The notes beneath the pieces are model-generated. The model was not told the origin of the DNA. It worked only from the letters and a program-made list of their open reading frames with translations, and made no database searches. A stretch of 64,000 bases of DNA from an uncultured Acidobacteriota bacterium. GTDB lineage: Bacteria > Acidobacteriota > Terriglobia > Acidiferrales > UBA7541. Below are positions 55,411 to 63,720 of this stretch, piece after piece. Within the stretch, counting starts at the first letter, position 1, and every line of letters begins with the position of its first letter. Made by a program: the position numbers and the translations under genes. The DNA lies in the NCBI GenBank assembly GCA_963851235.1, contig CAWKOM010000007.1, positions 109,429-173,428 on the forward strand, in the 5' to 3' direction.

Positions 55411-56706
55411 ATGCCCAGCCCCGGCGCCCCTGCGCCCCCGCGTTTGCCGATAGAAGATTCTTACCTCGAGCTACTTGCCGACACGCTCGAAAGCTTGGAT
55501 ATTCCTGCGCGCGGCCAGTTCCTTCAGCGTTATTTCCGCACCATAACCCACCTAGATCTTCGAGAGACTCAGTGTGTCCAGCTGTGGGATGAGATGCTCT
55601 TGCGTCGGCGCGAACTTAGCGAGCACATGGAGCGTCAAATCTCTCTGAAGACTGCGCTTATGGATGTGCTTACTTCTGCGGGACTTTTCCGTGTTCCGAT
55701 TGTCATCGAATACGACGAATTGAAGAAGCTCCAGATGAACGCCGTTACGGATCCTCTCACTGGCCTTTACAACCGGCGCCTCTTTGGTGAAGCCTTCGAA
55801 AAAGAATTGAATCGCGCCCGTCGTTACGGCCTCCCTCTTGCGCTAGTCATTCTCGATCTTCACCGTTTCAAGGAGGTCAACGACAAGCATGGCCACCCCC
55901 GCGGCGATGAAGTCTTGCGTGCAGCCGCAGCAACGCTAAAAAAAGCTTTGCGCACTTCGGACTCGGCCTTTCGCATCGGTGGCGATGAATTCGCTCTTCT
56001 CCTTCCGCAAACCGACGCGGCGCAGGCCCTGGCGCTCAGCCGCCGCATCGGCACTGTGTTTGGCGAATCGATCGCGCACTTCCAAATGGGTGTGAGCGTC
56101 AGCATGGACCACGGTGTGGCCACTTTTCCCCAGGACGGCGATCAAGCTGATCAATTAATTCACGTTGCCGATGAGCGTCTCTACCGCTTGAAACACGCAA
56201 ATCACGGTAAGCCGCCTGCCGGAAGCTCCCGCACGGAACTTGCTTCCAGTAACGCTTCAGAACCCTCCGCTCCTCCCAGCCCCGAACGCCAGTCTTCCTC
56301 TGCCCGCCCCATTCCCTTCGAATCCAAGCGGCCCCCCGAAAAACCCGAAAGTGCAATGGCTGCTGCGGCCTCTTCAACTGCCTCGGAAATTTCCACCAGC
56401 CAGACTTTGGCCATCCCAGCGCCAGCCCATGTGTACTCCGTACCTCGCAAAGCCGAGCGCGTCTCCATGACCGGCACAAATGCGTACGCAGTTCTGGGTG
56501 ATCAAGGTGTACGGCGCGCCCGCGTCTTGGATTTGGGTTTTGGCGGCGTCGCGCTCGAACTTGAATCGCAGGAAGAAGTTCCGGAAAGTATCCTCGCCGT
56601 GTTGCATGTCCCCATTCTTCCCCCGGTGCGCGTCCATCTGAAGCCCGTATGGTTCCAACGCACCATGCAAGGCGCCTATCGCATTGGCTGTGCTTTTGTT
56701 TCCTAA
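55411..56706 (+). CDS. Diguanylate cyclase (GGDEF) with uncharacterised helical N-terminus and C-terminal PilZ-like domain
   Basis: DPLTGLYNRR, DLHRFKEVNDKHGH..GD, I-site RTSD, IGGDEF; Pro/Ser linker; RKAER...DLGFGG PilZ-like motifs. Confidence 0.9.
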   Translation: MPSPGAPAPPRLPIEDSYLELLADTLESLDIPARGQFLQRYFRTITHLDLRETQCVQLWDEMLLRRRELSEHMERQISLKTALMDVLTSAGLFRVPIVIEYDELKKLQMNAVTDPLTGLYNRRLFGEAFEKELNRARRYGLPLALVILDLHRFKEVNDKHGHPRGDEVLRAAAATLKKALRTSDSAFRIGGDEFALLLPQTDAAQALALSRRIGTVFGESIAHFQMGVSVSMDHGVATFPQDGDQADQLIHVADERLYRLKHANHGKPPAGSSRTELASSNASEPSAPPSPERQSSSARPIPFESKRPPEKPESAMAAAASSTASEISTSQTLAIPAPAHVYSVPRKAERVSMTGTNAYAVLGDQGVRRARVLDLGFGGVALELESQEEVPESILAVLHVPILPPVRVHLKPVWFQRTMQGAYRIGCAFVS

Positions 56707-56748
56707 GTTTCGGCGCGCTCCCACCAAGGCAACGCGACTATTCGAACT

Positions 56749-57282
56749 TCACTTATCCCTCAGTGACAGATGTAGCCGAAGATGTCGCGAAACAAAAAGT
56801 AACGCCTGCTGGAAATGAGTCAGGCCCAAGCCCCAGCGCAGCATGGCCTGCTCGGGCGAGTCTCCCGTGGCATCGAGCCTCAACCATAAAGCCAGTTCCT
56901 TCTGTGTCGGCTTGTCTTCGCCCGCCTCAGTTCCCATCGGGATGTTTCCTGACGTCAAGCAGAGCGCCGCTCCAAGTGCCTCGCGCGACCCTGCTTCTCT
57001 CAAGAGCTCGATCAATTTCTCCAGCAATAGAAAATGGAGTGCCCGCTGCCGGCGATGTTCCGCTTGGCGAAACTCCAAAACCATGTCCCCAGAAGAAACG
57101 CATCCGCGCTTTGATTCCTCCATCGCTGGTCCCGCCAGAGGTTGCGCAACACAAAACAGGGAATCGTCGCTTTCGATCGCCGTCAGGAAATTCTTAATCG
57201 CGAGAGTGGGCGCCACTTCTCCGGTGCTTACTCCACTCCGCTCAATCCGGCTTGCTATTTTTTCGACAACCTCGACGCGCAT
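56749..57282 (-). CDS. Hypothetical protein
   Basis: ORF fills the gap between flanking genes with protein-like composition; no recognised motif; ATG 57282 chosen. Confidence 0.5.
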   Translation of the reverse strand: MRVEVVEKIASRIERSGVSTGEVAPTLAIKNFLTAIESDDSLFCVAQPLAGPAMEESKRGCVSSGDMVLEFRQAEHRRQRALHFLLLEKLIELLREAGSREALGAALCLTSGNIPMGTEAGEDKPTQKELALWLRLDATGDSPEQAMLRWGLGLTHFQQALLFVSRHLRLHLSLRDK

Positions 57283-57422
57283 GTCTGTGAAGCTACGCGA
57301 AGCGATTCCGCGCCGCAAGCGCAATCCCTCCGCGCTCAGGTGCGGCCCCGCGGTCCGATAATTCCCGCGGTTGTTTATCCTGCTAGAATCTCCTCGCCGA
57401 TCAGCTCACTGCGGAGGGTGCC

Positions 57423-57929
57423 ATGAATGAACCCAAGCCAAGCCGTCCCTACTGGCCGGATTTCGGAGCGATGCCCCAGGACCACGAACGCGGCTTAAAG
57501 TCTTGGAGCTGGGCCCTCGAGCGCCTGGAAAAATCCCACAATTATTGGATTGCCACGACGCGCCCTGACGGCCGTCCTCATCTTATGTTGGTCTGGGGGG
57601 TCTGGTGGGAAAACGCGTTCTGGTTCAGCACCGGCCCAAACACGCGCAAAGCAAAAAACATCGCGGCCAACAACTACTGCTGCATCGGCACCGATCGCGC
57701 CGACGAAGCCGTCATCCTCGAAGGCGTTCCCCAGGAAATCACCGACCGCGCGGTCTGGAAGCGCTTCGCAACGGTCTACAACATTAAATACGGCGGCGAC
57801 GTCGAACCCATGCTCCTAGCCTCCGCCGGCACCGTCTATCGCGTCGAACCCCAAACCGCCTTCGGCCAGGATGAACACGCGCCCAACTTCGCCGAATCGG
57901 TAACCCGGTGGCGTTTCTCGAAATCCTGA
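57423..57929 (+). CDS. Pyridoxamine 5'-phosphate oxidase-like (FMN/F420-binding split-barrel) protein
   Basis: W.WA.ERL....NYWIATTRPDGRPH...VWGVW, RKA.NI..N, VILEG. Confidence 0.88.
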   Translation: MNEPKPSRPYWPDFGAMPQDHERGLKSWSWALERLEKSHNYWIATTRPDGRPHLMLVWGVWWENAFWFSTGPNTRKAKNIAANNYCCIGTDRADEAVILEGVPQEITDRAVWKRFATVYNIKYGGDVEPMLLASAGTVYRVEPQTAFGQDEHAPNFAESVTRWRFSKS

Positions 57930-58002
57930 GCGGGTCCTGTCATTTTGGGTCTACAAGACTCGGCGCATTCCTCTGATCTGCCTTGCGTGAATTCTCGCGC
58001 TC

Positions 58003-58479
58003 TTATCGCTTCGGTGCCGCGTTCCACATTTCCTGTTCGATCTTCCACTCTCCGCTTTTCTCCCGATGCAGCACTAGCGCCATCTTCCCCTGTGACTCGA
58101 TTGGCTTCTCCGCGCCTGGCGGCTGCACGACCTGATGTTCCGTCGCCCATTCCGAGGCCCAATCCCCCGAAATATGAATGTCGTGAAACTCCACCTCTTC
58201 CTTCACTACTTTGTAGCCCTCCATTTGCGAAACAATCTTCCCCACCCAAGCCACAATCGCTTTCTTCCCAATCATCGGCTCTACTCCGGGCATCAGGTCT
58301 ACCCCGTCGTCCGCCCAGGTATCGAATATCCCCGCCGTATCCATGTTCAGATGCATCTCGATGTACCGTTTGTTGAACGCTGCGATTTGGTCTTTCGCGC
58401 TGTCCGCGCTCCCCGCAAACGCAACCGCCGCCAACCCGCCAACCGCGAAGGCCACGCTCATCCCGCGTATCCATCTCAT
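58003..58479 (-). CDS. Secreted SnoaL-like / DUF4440 (NTF2 fold) protein
   Basis: Signal peptide; D.......WADD.V.L.PG..P..GK.AI, SGDWA.E, G.WKI. Confidence 0.82.
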   Translation of the reverse strand: MRWIRGMSVAFAVGGLAAVAFAGSADSAKDQIAAFNKRYIEMHLNMDTAGIFDTWADDGVDLMPGVEPMIGKKAIVAWVGKIVSQMEGYKVVKEEVEFHDIHISGDWASEWATEHQVVQPPGAEKPIESQGKMALVLHREKSGEWKIEQEMWNAAPKR

Positions 58480-58637
58480 GCCTCACCCCTATTTTCTTTC
58501 GATCCCGAATTACGAAGGTCTTCCGCAGCTTCTTGGGACCAGAACATAGCCCAATTCCGCCTCAAATTCCATCCGCGACGATGGCCCGCGGATTACAGCT
58601 CTCTCTTTCGAGTTTGCCCTGGCATTTCCCCCCACAT

Positions 58638-58666
58638 TTGGAAATGTAGCCAGCTTCCCGTATAAT
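58638..58666 (+). promoter_or_regulatory. sigma70 promoter of rpmE
   Basis: TTGGAA-17 nt-TATAAT. Confidence 0.7.
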
Positions 58667-58780
58667 CGTTGTTTGCCTCGCGACCTAGCGACGCGGCTGT
58701 AGCTCACCTCTCTTAGAGTGGGGTTCTTCTCCCGGCCAAACGGGAAGCCGTGCAGACCGGACGCGACAGAATGGAGCTTC

Positions 58781-59029
58781 ATGAAACCCGGTATTCACCC
58801 CGACTATCATCCTGTAACGGTGCACTGCGCCTGCGGCCATAATTTTCAAACTCGCTCGACCATCAAGGGCGACCGCCTCAACGTCGAAATCTGCTCCAAT
58901 TGCCACCCGTTCTTCACCGGCAAACAGAAGCTTATCGACACCGCCGGCCGCGTCGAACGCTTCACCAAGAAATACGCCGACGCCGCCGCCAAAGTCGAAG
59001 CCTCCAAGACTGCCGCCGCAAAAAAGTAA
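58781..59029 (+). CDS. rpmE: 50S ribosomal protein L31 (type A, zinc-binding)
   Basis: [37 protein letters not shown]; GGAG RBS. Confidence 0.98.
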   Translation: MKPGIHPDYHPVTVHCACGHNFQTRSTIKGDRLNVEICSNCHPFFTGKQKLIDTAGRVERFTKKYADAAAKVEASKTAAAKK

Positions 59030-59058
59030 TCGCGCATTCAAGCGCATTCTGGCCAAAG

Positions 59059-59091
59059 GTGGGACAGACTCTCCTGTCTGTCTCCCCTTTT
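59059..59091 (+). terminator. Hairpin GGGACAGAC-ctcct-GTCTGTCTCCC followed by T-run; terminator and/or REP-like palindrome
   Basis: Inverted repeat between convergent rpmE and PIN genes. Confidence 0.55.
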
Positions 59092-59111
59092 CCGCTAGGA
59101 TCTCTCAATCT

Positions 59112-59528
59112 TCAAACGAAGGGATTTTCCACGGGGATCTGGAAATAACTCTGTCCCGCATTCAAATCTTCGGAAAGAATTCTTCCGCACCCTCCGCGCT
59201 CGGCTGCTGCGACTATCATTCCGTCATAGAAGTGAATTCCGTACGCCGCACGCGCCTCGACCGCTCGGCGCACTATTCCTCGGTCGGGATGAACCAACTT
59301 GATTGGCCCAAGCGCATCCAACGCGACCAACACCTCTTTCACTCCCATCGGCGGCGCCACTTTGTGTAGAAGAATGGCGGCGAATTCCGCCAGCACCTGG
59401 CTCGACACGATTGCTTCTCCCCCTAGCGCTCTTCCTACGATCCCTTGCGCTAATTTTTGTTTTTGCACATCACCAGGCGCGTACGCGTAAACCAAAATGT
59501 TTGTGTCTAAAAAATCAGGACCGCTCAT
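59112..59528 (-). CDS. PIN-domain (VapC-like) toxin
   Basis: FLDTNILVYA, S.QVLAEF, FYDGMIVAAA, LSEDL. Confidence 0.92.
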   Translation of the reverse strand: MSGPDFLDTNILVYAYAPGDVQKQKLAQGIVGRALGGEAIVSSQVLAEFAAILLHKVAPPMGVKEVLVALDALGPIKLVHPDRGIVRRAVEARAAYGIHFYDGMIVAAAERGGCGRILSEDLNAGQSYFQIPVENPFV

Positions 59529-59754
59529 ACAGGTCCTCGCGCCTCCAATTTCGTTTCCCTAGCGAAACCTTCACCAGTTCGAAGCTCCTCTGCAGCGCCT
59601 CCAACTCCCGCCGCTTTCGCCCCGACTTGGCGTTTTCCGCGGCAAGTTGCTCGAGATGCGCTCGCACCAATCCGGTCAGCGTTGTATCCCGATCCGCCGC
59701 GATCTTCCGGACTTCCTTCACCAGCTTATCGTCCAGCGTCAGCGTTATATTCAT
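59515..59754 (-). CDS. Ribbon-helix-helix antitoxin (DUF6364-like)
   Basis: MNITLTLD..LV...RK.AA....TLTGLVR..LE; C-terminal W.REDLYER; overlaps toxin start. Confidence 0.85.
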   Translation of the reverse strand: MNITLTLDDKLVKEVRKIAADRDTTLTGLVRAHLEQLAAENAKSGRKRRELEALQRSFELVKVSLGKRNWRREDLYERS

Positions 59755-60001
59755 GGCTCACACTTAATAAGGGACATCGTACCCATAATAAGGGAAGCAC
59801 TCATTCCTTGCAAGGTTCCTTTCGCTTCCCCGACTCCCCTCACTGCGAGTCTCCGCTACTTTGTGTCGCTGCGTTTTCCTTGCTCTTCTCTTTCTCTACA
59901 CGCAATTCTTTCCCGTCAGCCGTCAACCTTCGCTTTTCATATTTCGCATTTCGAATTTCGCCTTCCCCCACCACCTCACCCGTGTAAAATGAACCACCAA
60001 C

Positions 60002-61591
60002 GTGGCCACCCAATCCCGCATGTTCGACTCCAGCCGTCCCAGCGAACTCGTCGAAACCGCCGCCCCTCGCGTTACCCTCCGCAACGCTTTCGCGCATCCC
60101 TACGATTCCGCCATCGCCGCCGCGCGCACCTGTTACGCCCCGCGCCTCATCGTCCCCGAAGAAATCACCGACAAGCAGCGTCTCAACATCGGTGCCGCCA
60201 CTTTCTACAGCGGCCATCACACTGTCTATCAGCACGCCCATTTCGAATTCGGCCTGGAAAATGTCAGCCGCCAATTCGTCTGGTCCTTCCTCCACGCCCA
60301 CCCCTTCTACAATTCCGAGCAGCAAAGCCAGCGCTACGTCCGCCTCGATCGTCCGCAAGCCTACGTCCCAACCTCCTCTCTCTTTTTCAACGACACCCAT
60401 CGCGCTATCTACGAGCAAGCCATCGTCCGCGCCTGGGACTATTACCGCCAGCTCTCCGCTCTCCTCGTCAACGACGCCCGCGCCATCCTCTCCGACATCT
60501 GGCACATCGGCCCCATGTCCCATCCCAAGCGCCTCCAAAAAATCGAGCGCGCCTCAGAAAAACGCGCCATCGAAATCGCTCGTTACGTTCTTCCCGTCGC
60601 CGCGTTCACCACCATGGTTCACACTGTCTCCGGCATTGTCCTCCACCGTCTCTGGCGCATGAGCGCCGCTTCGGACACGCCTGGCGAGTCTCGCGCCGTC
60701 ATCGGCGCCATGGTCGACGAAGTCAAAAAAATCGATCCACAATTTTTCGAACGCTTCGGAACCGAACCTCTTGAAGAACGCCCCGAGTGGAAAGCAGACA
60801 CGCCAAACACACAAGCCGGCCAAGCCTTCGCCAAAGAATTCGACGCCAAGCTAGCCGGAAAAACTTCCAAGCTCCTCGACTACTCCCCCAACGCCCCGCG
60901 CGTCATCGCCGAATCCTACCGCGCCGTGGTCGGCCTAACCGAATCGCAATGCCCCGACTCCGAAGCCATCGACCGCCTCCTCAATCCCGCCCGCAATCCC
61001 TACCGTCTCGAAGTCCTCGACATCGGCGTCCACGCCCCCATGATGCGCGCGCTTCAACACGCCAATTACACGTTCGCCAAAAAAATTAGCCACACCGCCG
61101 ACTCCCAGGACCAGCGCCATCGCATGGTCCCCGGCTCGCGCCCGCTTCTCACCCTCGCCGACACCCGCGACCCCGACTACATCACTCCCGCTCTCCTCTC
61201 GCAAAATCCTCGCGCCAAGGAACTCTACGACCGCGCCATGCACGACGCCTGGTCCGCCAAAAACGATCTCCTCGACCGCGGCGTCCCCCCAGAAATCGCC
61301 CTCTATCTCCTTCCCAACGCCAAATCCATCCGCCTGGTCGAGTCCGGCTCCCTCCTCCACCTCCTCCACAAATGGACCATGCGCACCTGCTTCAACGCCC
61401 AGGAAGAAATCTACGCCGCCAGCATGGACGAAGTCGCCCAACTCCGCCAAGTCCATCCCCAACTCGCAAAATACATCGGCCCCCCCTGCCATCTCCGCGC
61501 AAACATCACCACCCCCATCTGCACCGAAGGCTCCCACTTCTGCGGCGTAAAAGTCTGGCTCGACTTCCCGAACACCCCCCGCCGCATTTAG
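60002..61591 (+). CDS. thyX: FAD-dependent thymidylate synthase with two tandem ThyX domains
   Basis: Domain 1: AARTCY, GHHTVYQH, VSR, SEQQSQRY, ARYVLP. Domain 2: QDQRHR, LYLLPNA, MRTCFNAQEEI. Confidence 0.85.
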   Translation: MATQSRMFDSSRPSELVETAAPRVTLRNAFAHPYDSAIAAARTCYAPRLIVPEEITDKQRLNIGAATFYSGHHTVYQHAHFEFGLENVSRQFVWSFLHAHPFYNSEQQSQRYVRLDRPQAYVPTSSLFFNDTHRAIYEQAIVRAWDYYRQLSALLVNDARAILSDIWHIGPMSHPKRLQKIERASEKRAIEIARYVLPVAAFTTMVHTVSGIVLHRLWRMSAASDTPGESRAVIGAMVDEVKKIDPQFFERFGTEPLEERPEWKADTPNTQAGQAFAKEFDAKLAGKTSKLLDYSPNAPRVIAESYRAVVGLTESQCPDSEAIDRLLNPARNPYRLEVLDIGVHAPMMRALQHANYTFAKKISHTADSQDQRHRMVPGSRPLLTLADTRDPDYITPALLSQNPRAKELYDRAMHDAWSAKNDLLDRGVPPEIALYLLPNAKSIRLVESGSLLHLLHKWTMRTCFNAQEEIYAASMDEVAQLRQVHPQLAKYIGPPCHLRANITTPICTEGSHFCGVKVWLDFPNTPRRI

Positions 61592-61735
61592 TCCAGCAGC
61601 AATCATCAGCCCGCTGATACGCCCACCCCTATAAGATGCCGCTGGCTTCAGTTTGTCGTTCGCAACAGCATGGACGAACCTTTACGCTCCCGTTGAAATG
61701 CTTGGTAAATTGATTCGAGCAGTCTTCTGTCACAG

Positions 61736-62473
61736 ATGAAACACATGCCCCGCAAAAAACATGTCTTCCTCTCTGCCGAATGGCGAGATCTGGTGATGTT
61801 GAATTACGAGGTTGATGCCTCACTCTTGATCGACTACGTCCCGCATGGGACTTTCCTAGATTCGTACAAAGGAAAGACCTACATCAGTCTGGTTGGCTTC
61901 CGTTTTCTCCACACCAAGCTATTCGGATCTCTGCCCGTTCCCCTCCATTCTGATTTTGACGAGGTGAATCTAAGATTTTACGTCCGCCGCAGACAGGGTG
62001 ATGAGGAACGAAGAGGCGTCGTGTTTATCGCTGAGATCGTCCCCAGGTGGGCCGTCGCGAAGATCGCTCGACTTGCGTTCGACGAAAATTATGTCCGCTT
62101 TCCGATGAAGCACCGCATCGATACCGATAGCTTGGCAAGAGCAGCGGAGTACGAATGGCAACTCAAGGGCGCTTGGTGCAAACTTTACGCGCGTGCTTCT
62201 CTCCCTCCCGAACCAGCAGTGGAAGGCAGCCTCGAACAATTCATTACCGAGCACTACTGGGGCTATTCTAAGCAACAAGGTGCAGATTCCCTCGAATATC
62301 AGGTCGCGCATGTACCCTGGAATGTTTGGAAGGCCGAAGCGTCCGCGTTCGAAGGGGATGCCAGCAGCATTTACGGCCAAAAACTCGACGCGATCCTTCA
62401 ACGCCGCCCCGATTCGGCGTTCATCGCCGACGGTTCACCGATAGAGGTATTTGCCGGAGAAAGAATCCAATGA
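61736..62473 (+). CDS. DUF2071 (YqjF-like) protein
   Basis: FL.AEWRDL.M.NY.VD, D.Y.G....SLVGF.F, EVNLRFYV, FITEHYWGY, Y.V.H..W. Confidence 0.88.
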   Translation: MKHMPRKKHVFLSAEWRDLVMLNYEVDASLLIDYVPHGTFLDSYKGKTYISLVGFRFLHTKLFGSLPVPLHSDFDEVNLRFYVRRRQGDEERRGVVFIAEIVPRWAVAKIARLAFDENYVRFPMKHRIDTDSLARAAEYEWQLKGAWCKLYARASLPPEPAVEGSLEQFITEHYWGYSKQQGADSLEYQVAHVPWNVWKAEASAFEGDASSIYGQKLDAILQRRPDSAFIADGSPIEVFAGERIQ

Positions 62474-62835
62474 GCCGACTAGCCCAGTCGCCTGAATTAA
62501 TTCCGCCCCGGAGAGGATGGATCCTCTACGACGGTAAGTGCGGTTTCTGTTCTCGCTGGGTCCACTTCTGGAAGAAGACAGTCGAACCGCGGGGTTTTGC
62601 CCTCAAAGACTTACAATCCGCTCATGCCGAAGGGATGTTGGAAATGCCTCCCGAAAATCTTCTCGACGATATTCTGATCCTCACTCCGCAGAGCAAACTG
62701 GAACGCGGCGCCGACGCCTATCTGTTCGTCGCCCATCAAATTTGGTGGGCATGGCCTTTCTACGCACTCTTCAGCCTGTCAGGTTTTCACTGGATTCTCT
62801 GGCAGGGCTATCGCTGGTTCAATCGCAACCGATAA
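62470..62835 (+). CDS. DCC-family thiol-disulfide oxidoreductase (DUF393)
   Basis: ILYDGKCGFC (DxxCxxC), GADA, Y.WF.RNR; ATGA overlap with DUF2071 stop. Confidence 0.85.
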   Translation: MSRLAQSPELIPPRRGWILYDGKCGFCSRWVHFWKKTVEPRGFALKDLQSAHAEGMLEMPPENLLDDILILTPQSKLERGADAYLFVAHQIWWAWPFYALFSLSGFHWILWQGYRWFNRNR

Positions 62836-62901
62836 GTCGTCTCTCGTCATTGCCCACTGCCCCAGCCGCCAGCTTCTCGGCGCTGAAACGACCTACATCA
62901 C

Positions 62902-63597
62902 ATGTTGCGTCTAATTCCTAGGAGGGCATCCGTGAACTTTCGCCTCCGCACCTTTTCCTGCGTCCTGACCGCCGTCATTCTTCTGCCACAGCCTTCTTTC
63001 GCCTTCGAGACGCCCCTCTCCGAAGAAGCCGTCCGCGATGCCTATTTCCTCGGCCAGCGCCATGAACAAGACTTCGCCGACCTGATGGCCAAATACACCC
63101 AGACGCTTACCACGCCCGAAACCGGCCCCGACATCTCCTCAATCACCTTCCTCACCCCTTTTGCCCTCGTCGCCCAACTTTCCAGCCAGCGCACCGTGAA
63201 CTACAGCGCCCAGCAAGCCGAAGAAGACCACCGCAATCAGCCAGAAATCGTCCGCGTTATCATCCAAATTCAGCTCACGCCAACCTACGGGTCGCTCATT
63301 CCCACTCCCACCGGCTCCAGCTCCAGTTCTCCCACTGGTTTCAGGCAGCGGCCCTCCGATTTCTGGAAGGACTTTCAAGTCGCCGTCCTCGTGAAGGACA
63401 AAAGTCTTTCTCCTATCAGTTCTTCCGGAGAGCCGATCCTCGATTGTGAAAGCGGCTCCGGCTGCGAACTCTATGGAGCCACTCTCCAGTTTGACTACGC
63501 TGCCGATGCCTTCACCTCGGACACCGCCACCATTCAAATCTTCCCTCCCGAAGGCGAGCCTGTCTCCGTCGACTACGACCTCTCCCGCCTCCGCTAG
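62902..63597 (+). CDS. Hypothetical exported protein
   Basis: Signal-peptide-like N-terminus (...LLPQPSFA); strong C-ending codon bias. Start may be GTG 62932. Confidence 0.7.
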   Translation: MLRLIPRRASVNFRLRTFSCVLTAVILLPQPSFAFETPLSEEAVRDAYFLGQRHEQDFADLMAKYTQTLTTPETGPDISSITFLTPFALVAQLSSQRTVNYSAQQAEEDHRNQPEIVRVIIQIQLTPTYGSLIPTPTGSSSSSPTGFRQRPSDFWKDFQVAVLVKDKSLSPISSSGEPILDCESGSGCELYGATLQFDYAADAFTSDTATIQIFPPEGEPVSVDYDLSRLR

Positions 63598-63690
63598 GCT
63601 TAATCCAGAACAACTCTACTTTCTTGCTTCTTTATGCCCTTGTGTTCTCAACCACTTCCGCGCCGATTCGAATGGTAACTATGTTTTTAC

Positions 63691-63720
63691 TTGACATAAA
63701 CACTATCTTCCTGGTATGAT
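63691..63720 (+). promoter_or_regulatory. sigma70-type promoter
   Basis: TTGACA-18 nt-TATGAT. Confidence 0.6.

Noticed and set aside
59647-61606. Overlapping ORFs 59647..60774, 59840..60538, 60935..61606
   Set aside because: Alternative-frame or antisense products of the extremely C-ending thyX codons.
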